Below are positions 13,901 to 27,700 of a DNA stretch of 64,000 nucleotides, piece after piece. The DNA comes from Marsupella aquatica (taxonomy: Eukaryota; Plantae; Marchantiophyta): positions 10,714,184-10,778,183 of the forward strand of contig OZ316895.1 of the NCBI GenBank assembly GCA_973895155.1, in the 5' to 3' direction. The notes below the pieces were generated by a model. It was not told the origin of the DNA. It searched no databases and saw only the letters and a program-made list of their open reading frames with translations. Position 1 is the first letter of the stretch. The number at the start of each line of letters is the position of its first letter. Position numbers and translations under genes: made by a program.

Positions 13901-16900
13901 GAAGTCGGGTGGGTAGGTGACCAGATCATCCTGCGGGACGGACAACGAGCAATTAGGATGTAATTCAAATATCTACAGGAGAACGAGAGTATTTCGGAGC
14001 GCTACCTGTAGCCAAAACTAATGCTGGTTACCCAGTTTTTACAGACTACCACAAAGATGTCACGACCTACAACCTTCGTTTCATCAAAACAACACAACTA
14101 GCGTTGAGTCTCAGTCACAGCTAAATTACTGAATATCAGGAAAGGCTCAGAACCTTGAATTTCTTCACTGATGTGTAGACTTGAACCACACCAAGGGACA
14201 GTGCAAAATACTCTGCAGATCTTTCGTACATGTGCCAGGGAGGAAGAAGGCTCAGAAATCTGTGTCCTGGCTGTGGTTGTAGCACAGCGGTCAGATTCGT
14301 GACCTATCCAAAGCAATCAGAAACAAAGTCAAGAGATAAGACTCGTTTGGAAACCACGTATATCGTCTTCTTTAGATTTTAAATACACATGAAGCATTCA
14401 AACACCAGTTCAAGTCCTATAACATCAAAAAGAAGATGAATGAAAAATGGAAGTACCTGATGTAGAAGATTGGCGTGGGTTAGCATGACCCCTTTAGGGT
14501 TGCCGGAGGTCCCGCTGGTGTACACAATAGTAGCTACATCGTCAGGTCGGATGACCTCATACTGCAAATCTGCTGCGATGACAATACAAGAACCAAATTA
14601 CACTCAAGATAAACTACATGAGCTCTCTCCACTCCTGCCGGCAAAGGAGGCATTCTGCTGCTGCCAGGCAATTTGGGAAGGACCATGGAGGAGCATACTA
14701 TAATTATAACAAAATTCAGAGAAAAGAATCTATCCAGAGATATATTTGGAGCCAAAATTTCATCGAATGAACTAGACCCTGAAGCAGACCAAACGAGGTG
14801 AAAGAAACGTGGTCAAGAGAAAATATTACGGTTCTAATGCCACTGCTCTACTCGTCAAGGTACTTACGAAATGGAACAGAACAAGCTTACCGGAATTATT
14901 TGCTGCAGCGAGAGCCTGCCGGCTTACTTTACCAGACTTCAACACCTCGTCATAGGAGTACATGGGGAGACTACCGTTCGCCTTATCTGCCACTTTGTCC
15001 TTCAAGGAGGATGTGTCCCCCCATAAAACAACTACAAACTTCAAATTCGGATCCGGCATCAGCCGAGATGCCACCCTGCTGTACACCTCTGGAGAATCTA
15101 CCACAAGTGCAACACTGCCCCACGCCCAACCCGCTGTCAGATTGCTCTGTCCTTTCGATTTAGTCTTGGCGGCGTCCTGTACTTACTTTAAAAAATAGCT
15201 AGACCTCTTGTTGAAATACCATACGTTCGGCCTGGCCTGTTTGGGGACAAAAGCAGGCATTGCTGAATCCAGCCAGTGCCTTTTACGCTGAAACCAGCCA
15301 GTGTCTCTTACGCTAAAACAAACCCTTTCATCGGGTACTGTACAAGCGTTATTTTAATAATTTGCTGAATAACATCATCATCCTTAATTTGTCAACACGA
15401 GGTCTACCACGTCAAACGTATCCAAACACTGTCCACTGAGTAATGTACCAAGGTACATAGCATCGTAGACGGAATTCAAATTTGCAAAACCAGATATAAA
15501 CATTGATGTTAACGATGAACTCCAGTGTGTGCGAAACAGAGCATCACACCTCAGCTACAGAGGGAGAGTCGGAACCTGTCAGAATGTTTGATGATGTGGA
15601 CCAACTCGTCAGTAGCTGACCTCGTTCCTCTGACGGCATTCGTCGCTCCGGCTGCCATGATACCTGGAAATTTCCAAGCAGCGAGGTATTTACCCACATC
15701 GTCTCGTTGCTTACCTGAGAGCACGTGGGATCTATTGCATCGACTCAGCGAGCGATTTGAACAAACTACAACTGATATTGGAATGTGATGGGTTCGGGTG
15801 AGTAGGCTTACCTTGGTCAGCAATTAACCAGCGGTGCGAATTGTCGGCAATAAGTGCCACGGTCTCGTTTGGACGAATTCCATACACTCTTAGCCCCTCT
15901 GCAAATTCTAAAATAGATTGCTCCAACTGATAGTCGAGAACACACAGCCAAGCCGGAAGTTTTGTAGAACAGTGAGCTCCCATGATTCGGCACCTACTGA
16001 CGAGAACTACTGACACTGACTAAAGCAATGCCCCCGGCTCTCCAAACTCAAACCCTTGAATAGTGATGACCCCACTTAGTTGACTGCGAGTTCCTTCATT
16101 TTTTGACCGGGGGAAATGCAATTTAAGACTCCAAGCAACTGAAGATCAAGGACTAAACAAGAGAACGGGAGCAAGATCTGCTGCCAATTCACTCGCCTAT
16201 GGAGAAACTGAGATGATTGACGAAATGTGATGGGTCTCATCGACAGATCATTCCCCTGGTAATCTTCGAATCTAGCTTTTACAACCTCAATCAAGCGTCA
16301 AAACTAGCTAACCCCACTGGAGAAGCAACGCGCAGGGTCAACGCGGCTCGATTCGAACTAGCATTTCTCAGAAAAAAACACCTCAGCACAATGCCTTTCT
16401 GTGGAACCTTCCTTGTTCTTCCAACAAAGTGAACAGGGCAAGAATGCTGTCGAAGGAAGCGTTGTTGCGCAGCGGAGGGAGGTGTACGTACGCACCTGCT
16501 TGTACGTGACTTCAACGGGGGGGTCACGATGGGGATCCGACAGAGCTACGCGGTCACCAAATTTTTCAGCAGTTGTCCTCCATATGTCGGGGAGAGCTTT
16601 CCATTCCGTCGAGTCCTTGGGTACATTATTGAATTCATTCGGAAGTAAGCCGCTCTCTAGCAATGGCGCGATCTTTCGAATTCCCCCAACAAACTCTCGA
16701 GGCTGCAGGAGCACCATCACCACAGCACATTACTACTGAACGCAGCCTATCATAAACCGAAAGTTTCTGTGACCGATTCCAGCGCCAATTTTGTGAAACA
16801 AGATAGTAAGAGAGGATTCGAAAAGATTGGCGGACGAGGACCCTAACATAAATTACGAATTTTCAAAATGTTCCAGCAAACAATGAAAGGCGCCTCCAAA

Positions 16901-17669
16901 ATATGCAACATCCGGGAAACAAGAAACTGAGAGTTTGATTAAGTGCTTCCAGACGAATAGCCATAGTAAGGAAATTGGAAATTGAGCCTTGAGGCAGGCC
17001 CCAATCCTCCGCAACGAAGGCACACATGATCATAACATGGACACATGCGTGCATCTACCGTAGGTCGGAAATTCAAATGCTTCCCCACTAAAGGATCGGC
17101 TCGGTTGCAATTTCCAGTCACCGGCTGGTGCAAAGTTTTTGAGCCTAGGCTTTAGTATCTGAGCTCCAAAGGCATTGATCCATTTGTGAAACATTGGGGG
17201 ATTTTCCTTTTCTCCAAAGAACTTAAATTCAAGGCTAGCAATTATGACAGGAAATGCTACAGACTAAGGCAGGTCGAAATTGAAACTCGCGGATGAAAGA
17301 GAAATTGGAGGAGGCTACCTCAATTGTGCACCGAATGGAGCTGTTGAAGTGGGGGCCATCATTCTGCAATAGCTGGTGCCGGAATCCGGTCTTTGGACGT
17401 GGAAAAGCTCGCAATTGGGACAGCCCGTTGCCCGAGGAAATCCTGCTGGTGCTGCAAGCGTGAGGTGACATCCGCGTTGCTGCTGCTGCTGACGCTGCCA
17501 GAGGTGATGAGAAGGACATTGTTTGGACTCCACCACTCCTGTGACCAGACTCTACACTGGCTGTTGAAATTGGGATTGCTACCACCGCTTGTGAAATCGA
17601 TTGGGAGTGGTAGTAGTGATGGTGGTGGTGCGGGGATAGGAAGCCCTCGCAGAGTGGCGAAGGTCCCAT
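10944..17669 (-). CDS. AAE15: Plastid long-chain acyl-activating enzyme / acyl-ACP synthetase (AAE15/AAE16 family), multi-exon
   Basis: Ser/Ala/Arg-rich transit-peptide-like first exon (ATG at 17669 or 17519, donor at 17318). Later exons encode [42 protein letters not shown], the AMP-binding motif [64 protein letters not shown] and [13 protein letters not shown], with TGA at 10944-10946. AAE15 and AAE16 cannot be distinguished by eye. Confidence 0.92.
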
Positions 17670-19196
17670 TTGGAAACGCAATCCACAACCACCAGACTTT
17701 CTTTCGTTTGCAGTCCTCCTCTTTCCACAAACCAAACCAAATCAATCCAAACCCAACCAAACCCTCACCTCCCTCACCTGCGGCAAATTAATCTCCTCAG
17801 CGGCCCAGGAGGGCACCCAACCACTAGACAAAACAGAAGACCAACAGTAGCAGCAAATTGACCACATCACTCGGTCTACGAGCCTCTCTCCCTCCCCTCC
17901 TCCTCCTTCTCTCCACCAACACGACTTTGCCGCGAATTCTCGATTCCCACGACAGCTCCGGCCGCAATCGCAGCTTAGGATTCTCCAAATTCCCCGTTAA
18001 CAAATCTTTGTGGGTGGCAGAAGAATTTGTTCTATCAAATCAACGGCACCTCACTCCGCGGGGCTCATAACGCTACCACCACCCATCCATCCACCGAACC
18101 CACCACCCCGCCCCACCTCATCAGTTCACGCCCCGAAAAGCTCACCAGGAAACAAATTCCTCCCTTTACAAAACAGTACAGAGCATGTAGCTCCGTCCAA
18201 GAATTGAGCAGGAGTTTGCGTCAGCTCCCCTCAGCCCACCGCAGCTTCGGTCTGGCCATATCTTGTCCGGTCTGGTCTGGTCTAGTGGGGCTCGTTCTGG
18301 TTTACTCGAGTATGCACAGATCTAAACTTTCCGAATCTTTGTTCGGTTCGGTCAAGTCACAGAGAAAAGTTGGCACGGCAGAAGAAGAAAGGAAGGGGTG
18401 AGGGAGGGAGCAAGAGAAGGAAAGGGCCATCCTGCTGTTCTACGTGCCCTGTTGCCGAGCCAGGAAAAGCACAGCGGCGAGGAGCAAGGGGATGGGATTT
18501 CAGGGGACGGGAGCAGAGGAGTGAGCAAACGTAGCAGCGTTGCGTGTGCGCTCCAAAAGCTCGACACTAGTCTGCTAGATGAGCAGCCACGGGCCACCCC
18601 ACCCCAGCACAGCGAGCTCTAGCTCTACTCACTACTACTGAATTCGCTTCCAAGCCTGAGTGCTTGCTTTTTAGTTCCTAGTCTCTTTTCCTGCCTGCCC
18701 TCGCCAACTGTGGTACGTCATACCTTGCCCCTGACGTCTCTGTGCTTTGCCTTCCCCCAATCCAAAGCACCCAAAGTGAACTGAAGATGTCAAGTCTTCC
18801 CCAATCCCCCAGTCTAAAGCAGCCAAAGTGTGAACTAAGGAATGATGTCAAAGAACAAAAAGGATCCCAAAGGCAGGAAACACAAATAATGGGAGAAGAC
18901 GAGAGAAGAACTGAACCAGATCAGTTGCATGCAATTGATTGATCATTTTGGAAGCCACCGTTCCATCAGTGCAATTGGAAAGGCTACTTACCGGCAGTAT
19001 TTTCTGCATCCTTCTCCCACCTTATTAGTTCAGGACTGTAATATCCTTTTCGTAATTGGGGCTTTCAATAGAATGTAACCCATTTGTGGTGGTAATTGTT
19101 ATTTACATGATTTCTTTTCAGGTTATTGTTATGCAACCATTTCTGGAGGTTATTGCTATTTCCATCATATCTTATCAGGAAACTCATGATTGGTAT

Positions 19197-19483
19197 CAGC
19201 CTATTTTTTAAGTGCAAATTTTAGCCAAATTCCACCTCCCCAAAAAACTTTCGCCACTTTTGGCTAAGATTCGCTACATTTTTCTGACACCATTAGCCAC
19301 TCTTCCACCAAATCATTGACCCCATAAGCCAGAATCTAACGGCTCTCCTTAAATCTAGGGATATCTGACGGTCACAATGTAATTTAATAAAATTTGACAG
19401 AGAATATTCTTAGAATCTCCTCCCTCAGAGAAGCAAACATTCGCCACACTGGCTAAAAATAAAAAACCTTAAAAAATAAGCTG
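19197..19483. mobile_element. hAT-like MITE (287 bp)
   Basis: Terminal inverted repeats (TIRs) CAGCCTATTTTTTAAG / CTTAAAAAATAAGCTG with one mismatch. Perfect 8-bp TSD ATTGGTAT at 19189-19196 and 19484-19491. Confidence 0.88.
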
Positions 19484-22400
19484 ATTGGTATCCTATTTCT
19501 GGACTGAAATTTACTCAAAATAAAGGAGGTCTGCGCTGAGGAAGTCCTAGCCTAACTCATGATTGGTAACCTGGTCCTAGACAAGAATTACTCAATATAA
19601 AGGAGGTCCGGAATTACTCGATGTAAAGGAGGTCTGGGCAGGGGGTTCTAGCCTAGTCCCCGACCTAAGAATGCTCAAAAAATCTTTCGTGCCCAAGGTG
19701 AGCTTTTACTCACTCCCTTGTCAATAGTGACAAGCTAGTAACCCCAGCCCAAACTCCCCGTTATCCTATACTTTTGGCTTTTCTGGGTGTCTGTCTGAAT
19801 CCTGCTATTTCTGGTTTTGGGCTTCCGATTGTAGCATAGATTTAGATTTTATGGACAACAATTACTGTAGTGCAATATTGTCTCATTCTCTCACCACTGT
19901 TCGGGAGCTTAAAAAAACCTCATCCACGATGGCCCACCCTCAAATCAATCAAGCTCGCCAATGCCACATCAGTGGGCCCTCTAAAGTACAGTCCCGCCAG
20001 ATTCCTTACTGCCAGTCGGAAAAGTGCATCACTCCCGGCATCACCTTTGTACATATGAAATTGAGCTCATCGGTTCAGACTGTCTGGCCCTGTCATGCGG
20101 TAACCTTTCCTCGTTCAATAAGAGTAAATGATTGGAACAGAAATCGAGCTCAGTCACCCTGGACCCTAACCAGTACCTTTATTTCCTTTCGGCAGTAGAG
20201 AAGCAAGCATGATTGTACAGAACTGGAAACCACAGGGTAATCAATCCACACTGCACTCTTCTTGGTGGAGAGACGATTCAGAGAGGCACTCATGCTGATG
20301 AGGATGTTTGAAGAGAAAGGAGAGTGATTGAGGATAACTTTAAGATAACTTTACTCGTAAGGAAGAGCAGTCAAGCAGACAAACGAACGAGAACTGGTTT
20401 TTGAGATGGCCCTGGACCGTAATTCCCTCCCATCGCTGATTTTGGTGGGTTGGGTTGGGTTAGGTGGCACGCTGACGGAGCAGCAGATCTGATGGGTCTC
20501 GGTAACTGCACATCAAAATATGACATATACTATGTACGACACCCCTGCATACTGTGATAATCCTAGTTTTTCTCTTTCAATCAATGAATGCAACCACATT
20601 TTGATGTGTGATTACCAGCAGGGGATCTGATCGACTAAATGACAGGCTCGTAGAACAGAATCAGCACTTTGTAGTACTTGTCGTGTGACTCAATTGCATC
20701 ATTCTATCTGCCAATCCTAATCCATTGCTGCTGCTTGCCATCTCTCCATGGTTGTCTTGCTGACGAGAGGTGCTAGGAAGCGAGGAGGTTTGCACTCTTT
20801 GCTTCACCTTTTTCTTGTTTTTGGCCTAGGAAGAACCAGATGAATTCCATTCAAATAGCCAACATACACAATTTGGTTAACTTTAACTCCCTAGTTAAGG
20901 GTCACTGACACACAAAGCTACAGACTACAAAATTCCTAGTCCATGACTTTTGGCCATCAGGATTGTTCATATGCCATTACTATCAGTCACTCTAGAGGCT
21001 AGTGAAAACAAAAACAAAAACACCTTTTCCAGAACCTTGTGAAAAAAAGTTATGACAATTCCTTTACTACAAGATGCCATCAATCATTCCTAGTTTCAAA
21101 GCTTTGAAATCTGACCCGGGCCAACTTTGGCACCCCCCTACCGATATTGGTCCTTCACCAAGCAGCATAAGCAAACACTGATGAGGCGCAGGAAGCAATG
21201 GATAACCCCGAGAGGAAACTTGACAAGTGGTGCAATGAGTGTAAAGTCCGAGCCCCTTTTGATAACAAGAGGGGAAAGGCTCGACCTGTGAGAAGATACA
21301 AGGCACTATCCTTCTTGTTAGATTAAAAATGTGGATTTTGCACCTAGCCATAGCCTGAAGTGAAGGGAAATAGGAACCTTGAGTTGACTAAGAGGTGACT
21401 GTCTTTTTGGCCTCTTCCAATAAATATATATCTAGAATTTGCTAAGATTTGCCACGTCCCATTACTTATTTTTGAGCACGTGAATGTTACTTAGAGGCAT
21501 ACATCAGCCTGTTTTTTTTTTTTACCTTGAAATAAAACGAAAGAAGACACCTGCATCAATATATGATCATCTTTTGAGTGGCCACACTGTAGGATAGCCC
21601 ACGAGGGATCCAACACAGGGCCCTACCAGGAGGTTTCTTGACTATGAAAGTCCCAACAACAAATAAGCCTTTCTCTGACACAAAAATAGTGCGCTTCCTT
21701 CTTGCATGGTATACAAAAACCAAAGGGACCAGATGAAAACATAAAACAGAAGGGACAACTTAGAACATTGGACAAATTCATTGACATACGTCACTAAGGT
21801 ACTTCTATAACAAAACACAAAATTCATAATTACCTGAGTGGGGCCTTGTGGTCTCTCAGGTGGCCAGGCTGACTTGTGACTAGAAGAATCAACTGAAATC
21901 CATCCCTAGAAAATTCTGCTTGATTCTGCCTTCAGTATGTATACGGCTTCCATGCCAAATCGCTTCTGGTGGGTAGATTTAGTTCCTGTGTCACACACAC
22001 TTTTCATAGTTGTAGGAATTATGCTAAAGAAATAAAACCCCTGGCCATATGTAAACGAATTAGGGTGCGAAGCTTTGATCCATTGGCGTACAGTTTTTAC
22101 TTAGGTTCTAATCAAACTCCTCCATTTCTCATGGATCGAGTTATACTGGGCCTTTTCGAGGCATATGAATCTTCCTTTCACAGCGACTTGAAATATTGAA
22201 TACAGTAGCGGTTCTAACATTGATGGGGATTGATCTCAGATTAGTGCTATGAATACTCGACAAAACAAGGTGCCCAAAAATCAAGTTTAGCACTACCTTC
22301 ACTATCAATAGTTAGGCAAGTTGTGCAACATACATTACAAATGTTCATAAGCTCTCATAGGTCACCTCAACAACGAACACAAGCTCGCTGGACATAAAAC

Positions 22401-24494
22401 CTAGAATGCAACTTGCATCAATGTGATTATCGATCCATCTGTGTGTAGGTAGCAATTCGAAGGTAACTTTGCACCTTTGGAGCCTGGGCACTTCTTAGAG
22501 ATCGAACAATAATAGTGAATAAATCTTCAATAGAGGGCAAGTGTGGGTGACAAGAAACGCGAAGTCCATCCATCTGCTTGGTCAAGCCAGGACACGCACC
22601 TATCCCAGACATTCCACACAGTCTGATTTGAAGTGATCAGTTATGATATGTGTACAGAAGTTATCTCCACTCCGGACCGGACTAGTTCTCATTGAAAACC
22701 TTCAGTATTAGGTTTTTGACTTGCTTTGGTGATTCTTCCGCAAGAAAGTGACCAACTCCAGGAAGAATAGCACCATCCCTCAGGCTTGGTACCAATAGGT
22801 CAGGACTATCTATGTAACTTTGAAACATAGAGTAGCACAATCATCTGAATACAGATTCATTGCGGAATGTTATCACACCAAATTAAAGCATCAAATACAT
22901 GCTACGGAGAGCTTCACACATCTAGCTGGTCTTCTCTGTACAGAACTATTTTCTGTGTACATAATTATTGAGCTCTTCACCTACAGGCCCCTTACTGGCT
23001 GGTGGACGGTGAGTGTTCATGAGTGTAAATTACCAATCCAATGCGAAAATTTCCATAACAGCATTGAGCGGAACTACATCTCCTACTAAAACACAAATTG
23101 GAGGGACAGGTGTAGCCTTCTATAGTTTCCATAAAAGTGGGGCCCCAGGTTTTGTCAAAGCTGTCAACACAGTACTGGAGATCTTCATCCGTAAGTCAAG
23201 TCGGCATGGGATCAGGAAGCTCGATACTCTCAAGTACTGTTTTTCCATACTCTTAAAATAAAACTTCAGGATTCTTGTAGAATAAAAACTTTTGAAAAGC
23301 ACTCTGAATGCCCTGTTTTGCAACTTCAGCTTCAGCCTCACCTTCTTCGGAACCCTACAGAGGGCAGACATACCAGCACCACTCAAGATCTTTGAGTACC
23401 CAAAGAACTGTCTTCAGAACCGCTGAAGTTATTATGTTGCCTTCCAATATCTTCTGTACTTATTGAGATTTAACTTCGGTCTGCCGAGAAGTCTCTTCAT
23501 GGTTGCTATTGTCACAGAACATGGGCCCCCAGGGAGGGTAATGTTTCTAATGCTAGCTTCAAGGGCAATTATCCGAAAGCTTCTTCCATTTCTTTCAAAG
23601 TGATTCTTCTCCGTATTAATGTAATGCCGTATCAGTACACACATCGAAAGAGACATAATACGGCAAGCAATTCGGTGAAGACAATCAAGAGAAATAGTCT
23701 CACTCAAGAACCAATATGTATGGGATCTAAATAAAACGGGCGTAGCGAAAAGAGAGATGACTGAAGGCTGCAAGCATACTCTGCTTTCACAAAGCCGTTA
23801 TAAGCCATTTTACATGGAGGGTAGTTAAAGGAAGACAAACCTGCCACCGCGGAATACACTGTCACCTACAGATGCTGGGAGTGCAGTGAGAGGGTCAACC
23901 TTGGAATTGCGCGGTACGAAAGGAACGCTTAAAAATACAAGATCAGGTCGGAAAAGAGTCACCCAGGAAGTAATGACTGATCCCTAGTCATGGCCAACAC
24001 GAAACGCCTGCACCAAAGACGAAAGTCACATTCCTGTCCATGACTCGATTCTTTGTGTCTGTGGAATGCAAGTTGGTGAGATTGGGTAGCAGATAGGGGT
24101 TCCGGTCCATATCTTGTGGAGCAGTGCACTGAATGCGTCTAGTCCTAACCGGCAAACCCAATCTGGATATCACAATCTGCATAAAAACGGCTCCTGTATT
24201 TGGCAGATCGCATGCAACGAGACAGCTTTGTCACTTCCCATTCGATGCACCTGAGTATAATGGACTTAAAGAGCATCATCCTCATTCGGTCCTATGTTAT
24301 TCCATTCTACCAACAGAGCTATAATCTACATGCATTGGCCGTTGAAATTTATTGTCTAGTGCTTAGCGTTGATCTGACCTAACGCAGAACTGCAAAAGAG
24401 CCCTCCTAATGAAAATCCTTGTTGGCAGTTATTCAAAAATCACAAAATAATGCGCCAATCAGATTTAATTACTCTAAAAATGGATTTTCCATAG

Positions 24495-24705
24495 TTGTTT
24501 CTCTCGCAACGCGTCAATCATGGAAAATACGTCGCCAGCACGGTGAAGAATGCGGTAGTCGGATTCTTCAGCGGGAATGTCGCTCTGTCCGTGTCCTATC
24601 AAGTCAAAATCAACTGCACGGTAGCCCGCCGGTGCCAAGAAGAGAATCTGGTGGCGCCATGAGTACCAGCATTCAGAAATCCATGCACAAGCACAATCAG
24701 GGGCC
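24495..24705 (-). pseudogene. Decayed exon of a soluble epoxide hydrolase (alpha/beta hydrolase)
   Basis: After an acceptor CAG it reads GPLIVLVHGF, then a 1-nt frameshift, then ECWYSWRHQILFLAPAGYRAVDFDLIGHGQSDIP..GDVFSMIDAL. This matches the HGFPExWYSWRHQ..AGYRAVAxDxxGxGxSD signature. No intact flanking exons were found. Confidence 0.8.
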
Positions 24706-27700
24706 CTGTTGACGAAGGAATTTCGGTCAAACCATGTCATGATTGCAGTCATTTCCAGCGGGATTTCCAGTCCTGAAATTAGGACATGATTCAACCCTTG
24801 ATGGCGAGTGTACTTACGGCATGCAGAGAAGTAAATTGATCAAAACCCTACTCTCTAACAAAATTCTGATCTGATACTTGGAGTGTGTTTCTGTGGTATT
24901 GTAATATGCTTCAACTTCAACTTCACAAATTGCCAATGTTTTTATGCTCATACAAAGTGTGTTACAAGTGTGAGTCACAAAGAAACATGTTCCAAAATGC
25001 TGCAGTTTACAAGACCAGAATTCTGTGAGTGATGTTTTCCATTGTCGATCGATCGAAATGTCGAATGCTGGGACTCTCACAGTTGACAAAAAATCGGTCT
25101 TAATCAGCTCCTACGAGATCGATCGACGATGAGACGGTAATGTCAAACCCTCCAGAACGGCGCGGCTGACATCGAGGGAAGCATGTTGGCTGTTAGTCGA
25201 CTTTTCTGTATAGCAATCATACGCGTTAAAAACTCTTTTCTCAAAAGGCCAACGTCTTTCATCACATGATCACGATTGGCCGGATTGTAGGCGGTCAGGC
25301 CTCAGCCTTGAGCACAAATCAACGGATGATGGTAGCCCAGTCCAGCTTGCGGTCAAGCGTTACCGAAGCCGTTGTGTTGTGACTTGCAACATTCAGCATG
25401 GTCTTGCGGTCAAACGTTATTGAAGAGTTTGTTCGATAAGTCCTTTGGCCTTACCCCAATTATGGCCCTGTTTTTACATGACCAATTAGGCCCAACGAAG
25501 GAACCATCGAATGACTATGAAGTCCTTAAAGACGTGCACAAACAGGCCTTTGGAAGGTAAAGCACAAAATCCATCCATGAAAGACAAACCAGTTGAATGA
25601 TCAGAGAGACAGAAGTCCTCCAAGCACTGCAATCCCTAAGTAATATATTCACCAACATATTTCTAACTTGTATGGGACAGAAATCGATAGAGACACTGCT
25701 GTTAATGGAGTGGTGAAGGGACTCGTTCAAGTCTATCCCAACACTCATAAAAATCACAACAAAAACGAAGTACGAAAAGAGGACTTGCAATGGCTGGCAC
25801 CACTGTACCTGATTATATTGTCTTGATTTCAATAAGTAAATAAAATGTTGAGCAATTGCTTCATAGCCAGAATGACATTCTCCTCCCTCTCCAAACATTC
25901 AAGCTCGTCTTGAGCTAGCTAATTGTTTTTATGCACCAATCTCTAAAGCAGAACACATTGCAAGAAGCAGAGGGGTAGGGTGGTAAACATTTTTGCGCGA
26001 GCCAAAAGTTTCAGTTTGGAGGATATTCAGATACTTAGCACTTCAGCATCGGTGTTCAGTTCGTTTATTCTTCGTTTTTTGCCATCTCCGAGACTTTTAA
26101 ATTGCATGTAGGGTACAAAGTAACCCTACATACAAGCTGATTGGCCTGAGGTAGCTTCTCCTTCAACAAGGTCCATTGAGATCTTCGAATGCTAGATCAA
26201 ATAAAAGATTGAAATGATCATGTCTCTTCAAATTCAAAGAACTGAGCGAGCCCTTCTGCAAGTGGACATAATGAGTGGGTCTTTCAAAATTAGTCCAAGT
26301 AGTGCCCTCAGATTGAGATACCTCACCGTTCTCCCTCGAAGCTCATGCATGACAATTTGAGCTTTCTATATGTAATATATTGATTTGCGAATTGACAATC
26401 ATTGAAACTGCCGATTAATGCAAACGGTCATGGCAGCAGAACAAACGGGGCACTCACGAAGTAATACACTTTCTCTCCACATCACATTCCTCTTCCACAG
26501 ACAATCAGCTAAGTTCGTTACTGTGAAAGATGCAATTTTAGGATAAAGAGCTCAAGTCCTTACTTTATCAACTGTCCTTTCTACTGTCTTCTGTATGTGG
26601 ACCTCACTGTTTTTTACTACTGGCCCATTGTCCATGATATGGTTTCTGTCCCGTGAGTAGCTAGTGTATCATGGGTACTTTGTTGGTATCTGTAGCCAGA
26701 CCTTCAGCTTACAAGCTAGAAATGTGCTAATGACCGTTTCGTTCATATATCAGACATTCTTGAATGCCCTCGCGAAGGGCCGGCATATGCCACAGGCTAT
26801 TTTTCCTTCAACCTTTTTAGTTAAACCAGTGACTTGGCCAACCAGACTGTGTTGTCGAGATACCTCATTGAATGGTATTGATGCCCCTCACTGTCCCCGC
26901 TAGAAGGCACAATTAACGACAAATAAGTACCCAAACTTGAAGCAGGCCCACATTGGTCAAGGAGAGAAGACTGATAAGTAGAGAAACTCTTTAAATAGTT
27001 ATCAAGGAAACTTCTTCAATTTATCAGTCACATCAAAGTTTGAACAGACAAAAACGATCCTCAATTCAACCCATAGATTGTTGCTTCCAAATTAATAGGG
27101 ATCAAAGAAATGAGATCCAGTCTTTGGAATCACTAGTACATGCAGCAGTACGTGGGATCGTGGCAAACTCAACCGTTATTGCCGTTTGGATATGGCGTGT
27201 CTACTCCGCTGGACATGCATTCCCGATTCCCTTCATTATGCCTTGCGTACTGTAAGTCCTTCTTGAATGTACGAAATCCTAATTCTCTTGCTGGTTATCA
27301 TCGATTTCTATGCATTCAACAAAATTAGAAGATTTCCATTATAATTCACTGTATTCACCGTCCTTTCTTCAAACCTGATTTTTATACGGAATGTAAAATC
27401 TATGATTTTCCGTATGGTCTAGTTTACGTATTGACAGGAGGCTTTTAACCTAATTCTGTTGCACCAAACTTCTCCTTGACCCTTGTTTAAATTTCTTTCC
27501 ATTCACTGTCAGTACGGAGATGGTTGAAGCTTGATTAGTCCTCCCTTCCATCAATTTGTCCTTTTCGATCGAATGTACATTCAGTGCGTAAGTAGGAGCT
27601 CTGTAAGATATGTCTGCAGCCTAACGACTGACAGGGCTTGACCAAGAAAACAGGTGCAATATATATAGACCAAGTCTCCTAGCTCCGGAGCTTGGTTTCT

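Noticed and set aside
23120-23773. Two adjacent minus-strand ORFs, possibly a decayed gene or transposon
   Set aside because: No motif I can recognise; the evidence is too weak.
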